A stretch of 63,979 nucleotides of DNA, filler included, from Asterionella formosa (GCA_002256025.1; 23 parts of 23 records of this genome joined end to end with filler, not necessarily neighbours in it), one strand, 5' to 3'. Positions 35,896 through 48,320 are shown, counted from the whole stretch's first letter. The notes: generated from the letters alone by a model not told the origin. Translations and numbers: made by a program.

Positions 35896-37013
35896 GGGCG
35901 CGCTCTGATAATAAAAAATTATTTTATCATGTGTGTATTATAACACAAATTATTCTGGTGATCTGCTACATAATATCGTCCTTGCGCTCTGATAATAGAG
36001 ATATTTTAGATTACTTCTCTGACATTATATATATTTTTAACTTTAATTTTCAACAGTTAAATTTTCATATCGATGCATCCTCTTGTATGCTATGCCGCCT
36101 CTTGTTCATTATATGCATGAGTTCTATATATTCATCATCGTTGGTCACTGACCATGTCGACTTTCATCTCATCTCCTGATGATGATGATGATGACATTAT
36201 GATCACATTGCTACTGTTAGCAATGTGCTATCCACCAGTAAATAGGACGCCATCGTTCAGGGAAAGTTTGACTGTTGACGAGGTCAGAAGAAGAATTGGC
36301 AAAATCCGTCGCCACGCACTACAGCATCCATTATCGAGTCCATTCTGGACTTTGTTCAACAGCAAGCATTGCCGTTCTTGAAACTGAACTAGTAGGAGCA
36401 CGTGAAAAATCGTTGTTGTTCCTTGATGGGGACTGAGTAACCCCAGAAACACCAATCTGAGAAACACATGGGACACCTATCCTACTATCCTCATCGTCAC
36501 TGGCAAACTCATCAGCACCAGTGTCATCTTCATTCTCGTCGTCGTCCTCCTCCTTTTCTTCTGGTTGAATCTGTTGTTGTTCTTGTTGCTGGTGACAACG
36601 ACATTCAAGCAGCCTTGGCGAGGAAGGGAAGCCCTCCCTGGCTGCTCTCCTTTGACCAGAAGAAGATGAAGACATGGCCGAAATCTAAAAGCGATGACGA
36701 TCGATTTATTGAGGAGGTTGATTGATATGTAACGATATGCATATGTATATGCATACCTATTTTGGCAAGAGCAAGCCATTTTGAGTATGAGCAAGCAGCA
36801 AGTCTTGAAATATTCTGGGAAATTCTATATAGTCATTCATGTCTAAACATCTTTTTATATAATGCACTGTTATTTATAACTGTAAAAAATTTGTGTTTGT
36901 GTTGACCAAATTTGGTAAACCTGGTAGAACACAAACACAAATTTTGGGGTTATGGGTACAACGATTTGTGTTATAAACATGATATAATAATTTTTTATTA
37001 TCAGAGCGCGCCC
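35896..37013. mobile_element. Non-autonomous TIR DNA transposon, PIF/Harbinger-like, 1118 bp
   Basis: ~50-bp TIRs GGGCGCGCTCTGATAATAAAAAATTATT at both ends. ATT target duplication at 35893-35895 and 37014-37016. Confidence 0.85.
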
Positions 37014-37636
37014 ATTTACTATATGCAACCCTGGTACCTGTTACAACCGGTACACTCCCGATACCTAGGCACCATACTGTAAGATACAGCACCACTTACC
37101 GGTACTTTGCATGTAAGCATTGCTGTGTACTCTGTATTAACAGCTGCACCAGTGCTGGTAACAGGTACTGGGAGTACCTCAGTAAGTACCCGGCAAGCAA
37201 ATAGGAATCGTACTTCGAGTACCTGGTACCTGTTACCGTAAAACCTGGTGTCTCGTACCCCTCAATGTACACAGCCACGACTGATTTTACTTAGAGGGGA
37301 GTACAAGACATCGGACCTTTTTTGATAATCCAACACTGCGAGCAAACCAACTTCACCACCGTTTTCTCCGTAGTCTAAAACGTAAATAGCAATATTAAAA
37401 GATATTTAGTTGTAGGTTCAAACAGTTTCTATGATCAATACAATTTCTGTTTTTGGTGCACCGGTGCGCCCGAGTTTTGTGATGGCATCAATAGTAATTC
37501 CAAGTGTGTGTACCCATTTGTACCTAAGCCTACAACNNNNNNNNNNNNNNNNNNNNNNNNNNNNNNNNNNNNNNNNNNNNTTAATTAATTAANNNNNNNN
37601 NNNNNNNNNNNNNNNNNNNNNNNNNNNNNNNNNNNN

Positions 37637-38797
37637 AACCTGGCTTCAGGAATTGGTCCTAAGACCATTCCGAAGTCAGAAATGGACATGGTGCTCAGGG
37701 GTTCCGCGCTGGCTGAAACGCTATGCGCTCCCCCATGCGCCAGTGTCTATTGTGGAGAGGTACCGGTACTTGGGTGCTGGATGGCAGAGCCTGGAACCAA
37801 AGGTACTGGCTGAGGTAGTGAAAGCATGCATCTTGGAGAGAGAGTGTGGGATCCGACGGAATTTGACTCGTCCGTCAGGGGCCCGCACAGTGTGGTATGA
37901 GGGAGCCGGATTTGACAAGCATCCACTCACACGGTCACGTGTGGGGGGCAGTCCCAACGACCAAGCAGGACTGGCTTTGATAGTTCGGTGTCGGATTGGG
38001 GCATTTGTAACTGTCCCCACCTTGGTGGGGTGGAAGCGAATGCCTCATAGGTATTTGAGGAAGTGTCCATTTTGTGGTATGGATGAACCAGAAACGCTGG
38101 AACACTTAGTGTTCACGTGTGGTCGGTGGCGTGGTCTACGCACCGAGCCACACATGGCAGAATTGATCGCGAAAGTTCGGACGTTAGGGCCGAATTTCGC
38201 CCTCGGTTTTGACCAACAACGGTTGGCATGGCTCCTCGGAGGGAGTTGTGATAACCGCTGGGTACATGGATGGATGATGGGTGAACCAACCGGAGTCACA
38301 GCACAGCAAAACTGTGACTCTTCGGTTGACAGCTCATCATCCGATGGGGACGGTAGCCAGATGGAACGGAACCCGGCAGGGGCCACCACCCTTGCCAGGT
38401 TCCTGATGAGCGTTGTTAGCCTTCGTGCTAACATAATCAGGTCCCGTTGGGGGTCTTACGCAAGTGAGGCATTTGACGGGGTCCCACACACCTCCACGGG
38501 CCAACGCCCCGACGGGTAGGGCAGACCGCGTACTGGTCAAGACTGGGGCTGCACACAGGTTTTTAGTGAGTGAAAGTCTCACACTACCTCGCCCAGGTGA
38601 GAGGGGCGGGGTGCCTCACCGGACACTGGGACATGATTGGATGACGGGGTGCCTCAAAAACATTCCTGAACACATGAACTGGTGGGAGGAGTTCGAATCC
38701 TCCCATGATGCCCCCCAAGCACCCCACATCGATGGGGCAGGCGGGCAAAGCGGCCGGATAGGTTTTCTCCTGGCGCCTTGGAACAGCCAAAAAAAAA
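37637..38797 (+). mobile_element. LINE 3' end, copy 1: ORF2 C-terminus with CCHC zinc finger, 3' UTR and poly(A)
   Basis: CPFC-x8-H-x4-C, stop at 38519, A-run at the contig end. Confidence 0.88.
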
Positions 38798-38897
38798 NNN
38801 NNNNNNNNNNNNNNNNNNNNNNNNNNNNNNNNNNNNNNNNNTTAATTAATTAANNNNNNNNNNNNNNNNNNNNNNNNNNNNNNNNNNNNNNNNNNNN

Positions 38898-40058
38898 AAC
38901 CTGGCTTCAGGAATTGGTCCTAAGACCATTCCGAAGTCAGAAATGGACATGGTGCTCGGGGGTTCCGCGCTGGCTGAAACGCTATGCGCTCCCCCATGCA
39001 CCGGTGTCTATTGTGGAGAGGTACCGGTACTTGGGTGCTGGATGGCAGAGCCTGGAACCAAAGGTACTGGCTGAGGTAGTGAAAGCATGCATCTTGGAGA
39101 GAGAGTGTGGGATCTGACGGAACTTGACTCGTCCGTCAGGGGCCCGCACAGTGTGGTATGAGGGAGCCGGATTTGACAAGCACCCACTCACACGGTCACG
39201 TGTGGGGGGCAGTCCCAAAGACCAAGCAGGACTGGCTTTGATAGTTCGGTGTCGGATTGGGGCATTTGTAACTGTCCCCACCTTGGTGGGGTGGAAGCGA
39301 ATGCCTCATAGGTATTTGAGGAAGTGTCCATTTTGTGGTATGGATGAACCAGAAACGCTGGAACACTTAGTGTTCACGTGTGGTCGGTGGCGTGGTCTAC
39401 GCACCGAGCCACACATGGCAGAATTGATCGCGAAAGTTCGGACGTTAGGGCCGAATTTCGCCCTCGGTTTTGACCAACAACGGTTGGCATGGCTCCTCGG
39501 AGGGAGTTGTGACAACCGCTGGGTACATGGATGGATGATGGGTGAACCAACCGGAGTCACAGCACAGCAAAACTGTGACTCTTCGGTTGACAGCTCATCA
39601 TCCGATGGGGACGGTAGCCAGATGGAACGGAACCCGGCAGGGGCCACCACCCTTGCCAGGTTCCTGATGAGCGTTGTTAGCCTTCGTGCTAACATAATCA
39701 GGTCCCGTTGGGGGTCTTACGCAAGTGAGGCATTTGACGGGGTCCCACACACCTCCACGGGCCAACGCCCCGACGGGTAGGGCAGACCGCGTACTGGTCA
39801 AGACTGGGGCTGCACACAGGTTTTTAGTGAGTGAAAGTCTCACACTACCTCGCCCAGGTGAGAGGGGCGGGGTGCCTCACCGGACACTGGGACATGATTG
39901 GATGACGGGGTGCCTCAAAAACATTCCTGAACACATGAACTGGTGGGAGGAGTTCGAATCCTCCCATGATGCCCCCCAAGCACCCCACATCGATGGGGCA
40001 GGCGGGCAAAGCGGCCGGATAGGTTTTCTCCTGGCGCCTTGGAACAGCCAAAAAAAAA
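38898..40058 (+). mobile_element. LINE 3' end, copy 2, with a premature TGA at 39115-39117
   Basis: Near-identical to copy 1; CGA changed to TGA. Confidence 0.88.
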
Positions 40059-40182
40059 NNNNNNNNNNNNNNNNNNNNNNNNNNNNNNNNNNNNNNNNNN
40101 NNTTAATTAATTAANNNNNNNNNNNNNNNNNNNNNNNNNNNNNNNNNNNNNNNNNNNNTACTTGTTGAGCATAGTTGAGCAT

Positions 40183-40885
40183 TGCATGTCTCCGTAGTGA
40201 TTCTAAATTGAGATGTGCCACTATGGCCTTCTCATTTTCGGAGCTGCTACAAATAGTCTACAGCGATAACTCTAGCAAGTACAATATAGAAAAAGAAGCA
40301 GAGGATGAGTAGCTGACAACAATTGAATTCGTAAAATCGTTAAGAATGAGCTGTTGCATATTTTAACCTTGCATGTCGCCGTAGTGAGTCAAAATTGAGA
40401 TGTGCCACGATGGCCTTCTCATTTTCGGATCGGCTACAAAAAGTCTACAGCGATAACTCTAGCAAGTACAATATAGAAAAAGAACCAGAGGATGAGTAGC
40501 TGACAATAATTGAATTCGTAAGTTCGTTAAGAAACAGCTGTTGCATATTTTAAATATTCAATGCATGTTGCCATCATAGTGAGTCAAAATTGAGATGTGC
40601 TGCAATGGCCTTCTCCTTTTCGGATCGGCTACAAATAGTCTACAGCGATAACTCTAGCAAGTACAATATAGAAAAAGAAGAAAAGGATGAGAAGCTGACA
40701 ACAATTGAATTCGTAAAATCGTTAAGAAACAGCTGTTGCATATTTTAACCTTGCATGTCGCCGTAGTGAGTCAAAATTGAGATGTGCCACGATGGCCTTC
40801 TCATTTTCGGAGCGGCTACAAAAAGTCTACAGCGATAACTCTAGCAAGTACAATATAGAAAAAGAAGAGAAGGATGAGCAGCTGT
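40183..40885. repeat. Tandem satellite A, ~187-193-bp unit, about 4 copies
   Basis: tgcatgtcgccgtagtgagtcaaaattgagatgtgcc...actctagcaagtacaatatagaaaaagaa recurs at about 40183, 40369, 40562 and 40752. Confidence 0.92.
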
Positions 40886-41300
40886 AAATTGGTGGAGAAA
40901 GCAGGTATGGAAGTTTTGTTGCCAAAGTACTAATGATCAGTCCACAAGCAACGAATATTTATTTCATATCCTGATGACCAATTGAATCAAAATATGTTCA
41001 TTCTGAGAATATCGCCATTCGCCATGACGGTATTGCTCTCGTGGACATCGAATACTATGCTGGATAGAAATCGGCCTTAAGTTGGTGGAGAAAGGAGGTT
41101 TGGAATTCTTGTTGCCACAGCACTGATGATCAGTCCACAAGCATCCGAAAATTTTACTCATCCTGATGCCTCCATTGATCAATATATAGTCGTTCTGAGA
41201 ATATCGACATTGTTCATGACGACTTTGATCTCGTGTACATCGAAAACTTTGCTTGATAGAAATCGGTCTTAAATTGGTGGAGAAAGATGGTTTGGGATAC
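40886..41300. repeat. Tandem repeat B, ~193-bp unit, just over 2 diverged copies
   Basis: aa(a/g)ttggtggagaaag recurs at about 40886, 41079 and 41271, with matching gatcagtccacaagca and gatagaaatcgg blocks. Confidence 0.85.
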
Positions 41301-41419
41301 TGGTCATGCAGCAGTTCACNNNNNNNNNNNNNNNNNNNNNNNNNNNNNNNNNNNNNNNNNNNNTTAATTAATTAANNNNNNNNNNNNNNNNNNNNNNNNN
41401 NNNNNNNNNNNNNNNNNNN

Positions 41420-42580
41420 AACCTGGCTTCAGGAATTGGTCCTAAGACCATTCCGAAGTCAGAAATGGACATGGTGCTCGGGGGTTCCGCGCTGGCTGAA
41501 ACGCTATGCGCTCCCCCATGCACCGGTGTCTATTGTGGAGAGGTACCGGTACTTGGGTGCTGGATGGCAGAGCCTGGAACCAAAGGTACTGGCTGAGGTA
41601 GTGAAAGCATGCATTTTGGAGAGAGAGTGTGGGATCCGACGGAACTTGACTCGTCCGTCGGGGGCCCGCACAGTGTGGTATGAGGGAGCCGGATTTGAGA
41701 AGCATCCACTCACACGATCACGTGTGGGGGGCAGTCCCAAAGACCAAGCAGGACTGGCTTTGATAGTTCGGTGTCGGATTGGGGCATTTGTAACTGTCCC
41801 CACCTTGGTGGGGTGGAAGCGAATGCCTCATAGGTATTTAAGGAAGTGTCCATTTTGTGGTATGGATGAACCAGAAACGCTGGAACACTTAGTGTTCACG
41901 TGTGGTCGGTGGCGTGTTCTACGCACCGAGCCACACATGGCAGAATTGATCGCGAAAGTTCGGACGTTAGGGCCGAAGTTCGCCCTCGGTTTTGACCAAC
42001 AACGGTTGGCATGGCTCCTCGGAGGGAGTTGTGACAACCGCTGGGTACATGGATGGATGATGGGTGATCCAACCGGAATCACAGCACAGCAAAACTGTGA
42101 CTCTTCGGTTGAAAGCTCATCATCCGATGGGGACGGTAGCCAGATGGAACGGAACCCGGCAGGGGCCACCACCCTTGCCAGGTTCCTGATGAGCGTTGTT
42201 AGCCTTCGTGCTAACATAATCAGGTCCCGTTGGGGGTCTTACGCAAGTGAGGCATTTGACGGGGTCCCACACACCTCCACGGGCCAACGCCCCGACGGGT
42301 AGGGCAGACCGCGTACTGGTCAAGACTGGGGCTGCACACAGGTTTTTAGTGAGTGAAAGTCTCACACTACCTCGCCCAGGTGAGAGGGGCGGGGTGCCTC
42401 ACCGGACACTGGGACATGATTGGATGACGGGGTGCCTCAAAAACATTCCTGAACACATGAACTGGTGGGAGGAGTTCGAATCCTCCCATGATGCCCCCCA
42501 AGCACCCCACATCGATGGGGCAGGCGGGCAAAGCGGCCGGATAGGTTTTCTCCTGGCGCCTTGGAACAGCCAAAAAAAAA
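41420..42580 (+). mobile_element. LINE 3' end, copy 3 (variant type)
   Basis: Same sequence with substitutions such as FEKH, RVLR and GDPTGI. Confidence 0.88.
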
Positions 42581-42680
42581 NNNNNNNNNNNNNNNNNNNN
42601 NNNNNNNNNNNNNNNNNNNNNNNNTTAATTAATTAANNNNNNNNNNNNNNNNNNNNNNNNNNNNNNNNNNNNNNNNNNNN

Positions 42681-43841
42681 AACCTGGCTTCAGGAATTGG
42701 TCCTAAGACCATTCCGAAGTCAGAAATGGACATGGTGCTCGGGGGTTCCGCGCTGGCTGAAACGCTATGCGCTCCCCCATGCACCGGTGTCTATTGTGGA
42801 GAGGTACCGGTACTTGGGTGCTGGATGGCAGAGCCTGGAACCAAAGGTACTGGCTGAGGTAGTGAAAGCATGCATCTTGGAGAGAGAGTGTGGGATCCGA
42901 CGGAACTTGACTCGTCCGTCGGGGGCCCGCACAGTGTGGTATGAGGGAGCCGGATTTGAGAAGCATCCACTCACACGATCACGTGTGGGGGGCAGTCCCA
43001 AAGACCAAGCAGGACTGGCTTTGATAGTTCGGTGTCGGATTGGGGCATTTGTAACTGTCCCCACCTTGGTGGGGTGGAAGCGAATGCCTCATAGGTATTT
43101 AAGGAAGTGTCCATTTTGTGGTATGGATGAACCAGAAACGCTGGAACACTTAGTGTTCACGTGTGGTCGGTGGCGTGTTCTACGCACCGAGCCACACATG
43201 GCAGAATTGATCGCGAAAGTTCGGACGTTAGGGCCGAAGTTCGCCCTCGGTTTTGACCAACAACGGTTGGCATGGCTCCTCGGAGGGAGTTGTGACAACC
43301 GCTGGGTACATGGATGGATGATGGGTGATCCAACCGGAATCACAGCACAGCAAAACTGTGACTCTTCGGTTGAAAGCTCATCATCCGATGGGGACGGTAG
43401 CCAGATGGAACGGAACCCGGCAGGGGCCACCACCCTTGCCAGGTTCCTGATGAGCGTTGTTAGCCTTCGTGCTAACATAATCAGGTCCCGTTGGGGGTCT
43501 TACGCAAGTGAGGCATTTGACGGGGTCCCACACACCTCCACGGGCCAACGCCCCGATGGGTAGGGCAGACCGCGTACTGGTCAAGACTGGGGCTGCACAC
43601 AGGTTTTTAGTGAGTGAAAGTCTCACACTACCTCGCCCAGGTGAGAGGGGCGGGGTGCCTCACCGGACACTGGGACATGATTGGATGACGGGGTGCCTCA
43701 AAAACATTCCTGAACACATGAACTGGTGGGAGGAGTTCGAATCCTCCCATGATGCCCCCCAAGCACCCCACATCGATGGGGCAGGCGGGCAAAGCGGCCG
43801 GATAGGTTTTCTCCTGGCGCCTTGGAACAGCCAAAAAAAAA
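42681..43841 (+). mobile_element. LINE 3' end, copy 4 (variant type)
   Basis: Almost identical to copy 3. Confidence 0.88.
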
Positions 43842-43941
43842 NNNNNNNNNNNNNNNNNNNNNNNNNNNNNNNNNNNNNNNNNNNNTTAATTAATTAANNN
43901 NNNNNNNNNNNNNNNNNNNNNNNNNNNNNNNNNNNNNNNNN

Positions 43942-44147
43942 GCCTCGGCATCTGAAACGTCGATCGTGCGGGTTTCACATGGTACGCCCAATTCGTCGAA
44001 CTCGGCTTTGCGCTCAGCAAGCAGCGAAGAATTGATATCCACCAGAGCCAGAGATGCTCCTTCCGCGGCCAACGCCCTTGCAATCCCGGCGCCTAAGCCG
44101 CCACCTGCTCCGGTGATGAACGCAACACGGTTGGCGATGTCAGTCAT
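43942..44147 (-). CDS. Bacterial SDR oxidoreductase, 5' part only
   Basis: VAFITGAGGGLG..ALVDI, purine-rich RBS-like sequence upstream, truncated by the contig end. Confidence 0.85.
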
Positions 44148-44167
44148 GGCTGTCGTTTCCGCCTTCT

Positions 44168-44950
44168 TTATCCTGACCGGCTCAGAAAATCCCTGCGACC
44201 ACCATCAACGGTCAGCACCTGGGCTGTAATGAAGGAGGCCTCTGGACCGGCCAAGAAGGTTACCACTCCGGCAATGTCCTCGGGTCGGCCATTACGCTGC
44301 AGCAAAGTGGTAGCAGCGGGATTGTCGACCGTAGCCCGGAACTGCGGGTCGGCATGCGTTGTTTCATTGAGGTCGGTTAAGATCATTCCAGGGCTGACGG
44401 CATTGACCGTGACCCCGAACTCTCCGAGCTCGGCCGCTAGCCGCTTGGTGAGCATGTTGAGCGCCGCTTTAGTCACGGCATATCCGGCAACACTGTTAAT
44501 CGCGGTACCGAGCGAACCGATCGAGCTGATGTTGATGATCCGGCCATGCCGCCTTGCGATCATGTGCGGAGCGACTAGCTGCGCTGCCGCCAGCGGGCCA
44601 TTGAGATTAACCTTCATTAGAGCGTCGAGCTGCTCGTCGGAGGTCGTCAAGGCTGTCCCAAGCGCTGCTGCGCCTGCATTGTTGACGAGTATGTCGCAGG
44701 TACCGAAGCGATCGACACATTGTCCGATCGCCAGTTCGATGCTTTGCCGGTCGGCCATGTCGAGCTTAGTGGGAAACGCATTCCCTCCGGCCTCCTCAAT
44801 CCGCTTCACCACCGCTGTCGCAGCGGTCTGGTTTGAATGGTAGCAAACAGCTATGCGTGCACCATCTTTTGCCAGCCGCACGGCGATTGCGGCGCCAATC
44901 CCGCGCGATCCTCCGGTGACAAGGGCTGTCTGACCTTCGAGGGGGCGCAC
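44168..44950 (-). CDS. Bacterial classical SDR oxidoreductase (FabG-like)
   Basis: TGGSRGIG, NNAG, YAVTK and VNAVSPG. GGAGG Shine-Dalgarno before the GTG start. High GC. Confidence 0.93.
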   Translation of the reverse strand: MRPLEGQTALVTGGSRGIGAAIAVRLAKDGARIAVCYHSNQTAATAVVKRIEEAGGNAFPTKLDMADRQSIELAIGQCVDRFGTCDILVNNAGAAALGTALTTSDEQLDALMKVNLNGPLAAAQLVAPHMIARRHGRIINISSIGSLGTAINSVAGYAVTKAALNMLTKRLAAELGEFGVTVNAVSPGMILTDLNETTHADPQFRATVDNPAATTLLQRNGRPEDIAGVVTFLAGPEASFITAQVLTVDGGRRDFLSRSG

Positions 44951-44951
44951 T

Positions 44952-45101
44952 TCAGCCTCCCATCAGCTCGATCGTGAAGCCGTGACGGTCGCTGATATAG
45001 GTCGCGCGCATGCCCTGGTTTGGGCCTGCCGCGATTACGGGCAGGTTTGGCGCCGCCGGTTTGAAGCCATAAACCGCAGCGCGCTGGACGAGTTCCGCCA
45101 C
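44952..45101 (-). CDS. Bacterial VOC/glyoxalase family protein, 3' part only
   Basis: Manual translation gives ..GPNQGMRATYISDRHGFTIELMGG*. The stop lies 1 bp before the SDR start. Confidence 0.7.
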   Translation of the reverse strand: MAELVQRAAVYGFKPAAPNLPVIAAGPNQGMRATYISDRHGFTIELMGG

Positions 45102-45254
45102 NNNNNNNNNNNNNNNNNNNNNNNNNNNNNNNNNNNNNNNNNNNNTTAATTAATTAANNNNNNNNNNNNNNNNNNNNNNNNNNNNNNNNNNNNNNNNNNN
45201 NGATGGTTCCTCCACCTGAAATGAAAATACCTCCAACTGCTGACACACTCGACA

Positions 45255-46361
45255 TTGACGAGATGGATCCATCCGAAAATGTCGTACCTGCAACTACTAC
45301 TGGTACACTTCTTGACATTAACGAGATTGGTCCCCCTGAAAAGATTTCCCGGTTGGCTAGCCAATATTGATGAGTTCGTCAACTCGCTCATAGTACCAGA
45401 TGACTTTATTCTGGATGAAAGTGGGCTGGGATTGATTCATATAAAAGGAATCGACATAAAACATATATCTGTCAAGGTACTTCGAAAAATTTGCGTGAGA
45501 TTTAAAGTGTCAGGGTACAGGAATGGCAAGAAGGACTCCACTATTTCCTTAATTGTCCGTTTACTGAAAAGAGACTGGCTGGTTGGTCAACTATACCCCC
45601 CCCCTCCTATGATCACTTATAATGAAGTGATTGGCATCCACAACAACAACAGGAACAATAATGAATCTATTATTGAAGATGAAGAAAAGAGTTGTGGCAA
45701 TGTTGATATGGACTCTGATTGTTCACAGAAAGGGAAGAATGATGAAGCAGAAAAAGACCCTGACTATGTTCTTAATTCGCAAAATAGCAGTGATGACGAT
45801 GACATTGACTCTTCCTCCTCCTGTTGCAAAGAAGGCAACAAAAAAGAAAAAGGCTACAGTAGCAAAATCAACTCCTCCAAGCAGTGTTACATGTGCTAAC
45901 ACATATTTTCGTGTCATCAATGTGTACATGTGTGAGCAACACAGAAGTGATGTGTTGATGCTTGGTCAGCCTCCAACTATGGCTGAACTGGATGTAAGGA
46001 AATTCAGGCACAAATACATTTTCGATAGACTCATAACTACATTCCTTGATGATGAAGATGATGACAGCAATAATCTTGCATTTTCACAAGATCCTTATTG
46101 GGAACAAATGGGAATAGACAGTTGTTACCCAAAGACGTATGACGCTCTGTCCTCTGTCGAATTTTCTATGGCAATGGGGTACATTAACTATCATTACCAA
46201 ATTGCATACAGGAACAACAAAAAGTCAGGAAGTCATGATGACTTTGTTAATTTTGTTGGAAGCCGACCTTATATATATTACTACCATTTATGGTTGTGCC
46301 AAGTTCCTCACCTTCTCAATTTCGCTGTTCCATTGCTTCCAAAATCATCATTCCGTGAAAG
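45255..46361 (+). pseudogene. Frameshifted coding fragment of unknown, probably repeat-associated, protein
   Basis: Two overlapping ORFs each read protein-like on one side of about 45810 (acidic tract, then PPPVAKK...KSGSHDDFVNF..YYYHLWL). Confidence 0.45.
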
Positions 46362-47444
46362 NNNNNNNNNNNNNNNNNNNNNNNNNNNNNNNNNNNNNNN
46401 NNNNNTTAATTAATTAANNNNNNNNNNNNNNNNNNNNNNNNNNNNNNNNNNNNNNNNNNNNTGCCGTTGATTTGGAAACGACAGAAGAGGAAGTCTTGAA
46501 ATTGAGATTGAAATTTGTAGCACCAGTATGTGGTTGTTGTAAAATACATTTTGTTTGCGATACGAGGAGGGCCCTGCCTCCTTGCCTTGCTAATTTGCAA
46601 TTGCCAGTAAATGCCGTTATCTTCAACAGGACTCATCATTCATTTTGCATGCCTGAATGAGTGGCTGAGTGGCTCAGTGCCTTCCCTCATAATAATTCGT
46701 TCTTTGTTGTAGTCTACTACTGTTTGTACATGTACATACGACACACCGGTACCGACGGAAGTTCACCGGTGCTCCAGCTGATCCGTTTAGTTAGTATGCA
46801 TGTACCAGCATACCTTTTGTTGCTGTCCATGTAGAAAACGATACCAGGTACCTGGTACCATCCCGGACCTCGCCAACAAAATACCGGTACAAATAAAAAC
46901 TTATTGCATTTACCGCTGCTGAGAGGAGCACCTTGAGTGTTCTCGTGTTGATGGTGGCCTCTCGGAACCCAGTCGTATTGTAAAATAAGTATACATTACG
47001 GTACATCCCGGTAAGCACTGCTGGATAGGAGTAGAATTGCTATGTACTTTACCGGTAGTGCTGCTGGGGTGTAGTGCCTGGAGTGATGGTTGTTCTCTTG
47101 GTCCCAATGATATCATACTAACAAAAGTTATACTACTATTCTAGCTACCCGGTATACATAAATGTAGGCCTTGTTGTTCCGCGACACCAATACAGCAGCA
47201 TCGGTCGTCTCAGCATGTATCTGCTTGTGAGCACAACGAAAAAACACTTGCTGTGTGAATCCTTCCCATCGCTTTGGTTTGTACGTACCAGTATGTACGG
47301 GTACCGGGTAATGGTGGCCAAGACCTCGTGTCGGTATGTGTATTGTACTACCGGTAGGCGGTATGTATGCTGAGGATAGACATTTCTGAAATCCAGTGCT
47401 GCCTGATGAAACTACTCGACGAATCCAAAAACAGATCGACCAAG

Positions 47445-47621
47445 ATGAGCGCTGAGGAGCCCCCCTGCATCCTAGTCACCGGTGGTTGTGGCTATATTGG
47501 ATCCCACACGATCGCTGTTTTGTTGGAGCATAACTACAATGTCGTTGTCGTGGACAACTTTGTCAACTCGTCCCTGATCTCACTTGATCGAGTCGCGGAG
47601 ATTTGCAATCTGTCGGAAGAC
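47445..47621 (+). CDS. galE: UDP-glucose 4-epimerase, N-terminal fragment
   Basis: [14 protein letters not shown]...[16 protein letters not shown], truncated by the contig end. Confidence 0.85.
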
Positions 47622-47949
47622 NNNNNNNNNNNNNNNNNNNNNNNNNNNNNNNNNNNNNNNNNNNNTTAATTAATTAANNNNNNNNNNNNNNNNNNNNNNN
47701 NNNNNNNNNNNNNNNNNNNNNTTATCCTTAATACATGAACGGGTTATGCCTCAAGGTATTTCTTTGTCTGACGAGACTTCCCAATTAATACATACCATAG
47801 CTGGTACTTCTTCATCTCATGCCAGTGTCATGCTATATGACCTGATTCTACCAGAATTTAATCAATCCGCTCATATTTTACAACAAAAGTGTCAAGTCTT
47901 TACTGGTCTATGCACATTTGATGTTATTTAAGGACGTGATTTCCTCCGT

Positions 47950-48320
47950 CAAGTTGGTTTAACCATTGATTTCGTAAATAACACCATGTCCTGTATGGAT
48001 ATGATTGTTCCTGTGCATCCTAACGTTTACGAGATGTATTATTATATTTCGATGCACCCATGATTGTGGAATCTTCATATGCGCTGGAAATTAAAGCTGC
48101 TGAATATAATTACATAAATATTGATACAGTGGTGTATAAACAGATACATTTGACAACAATACAATGATCATGTTTACGAACTATTTTGGTTAAATATCAA
48201 ACAATTTTTGGGGGTGAAACAATCATGATCTGATATGCATTGCACAAGAAACTATGGAACAGATCATTAGTGATTTAGATGATGTGGAAATTTATATTGA
48301 TGATGTGGGTTATTTTTCAA
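47950..48320 (+). mobile_element. Decayed Ty3/Gypsy pol remnant
   Basis: Manual translation gives GLTIDFVNNTM..DMIVP (protease tail) and AQETMEQIISDLDDVEIYIDDVGYFS (RT YIDD motif). Confidence 0.7.

Noticed and set aside
38646..38725. tRNA gene (GGGGTGC..GTTCGAATCC..GCACCCC)
   Set aside because: No D or anticodon arm and wrong T-arm to acceptor spacing. Kept only as a UTR structure.
40159..41319. CRISPR-like periodicity
   Set aside because: Whole units repeat with no unique spacers, there are no cas genes, and the host is eukaryotic.
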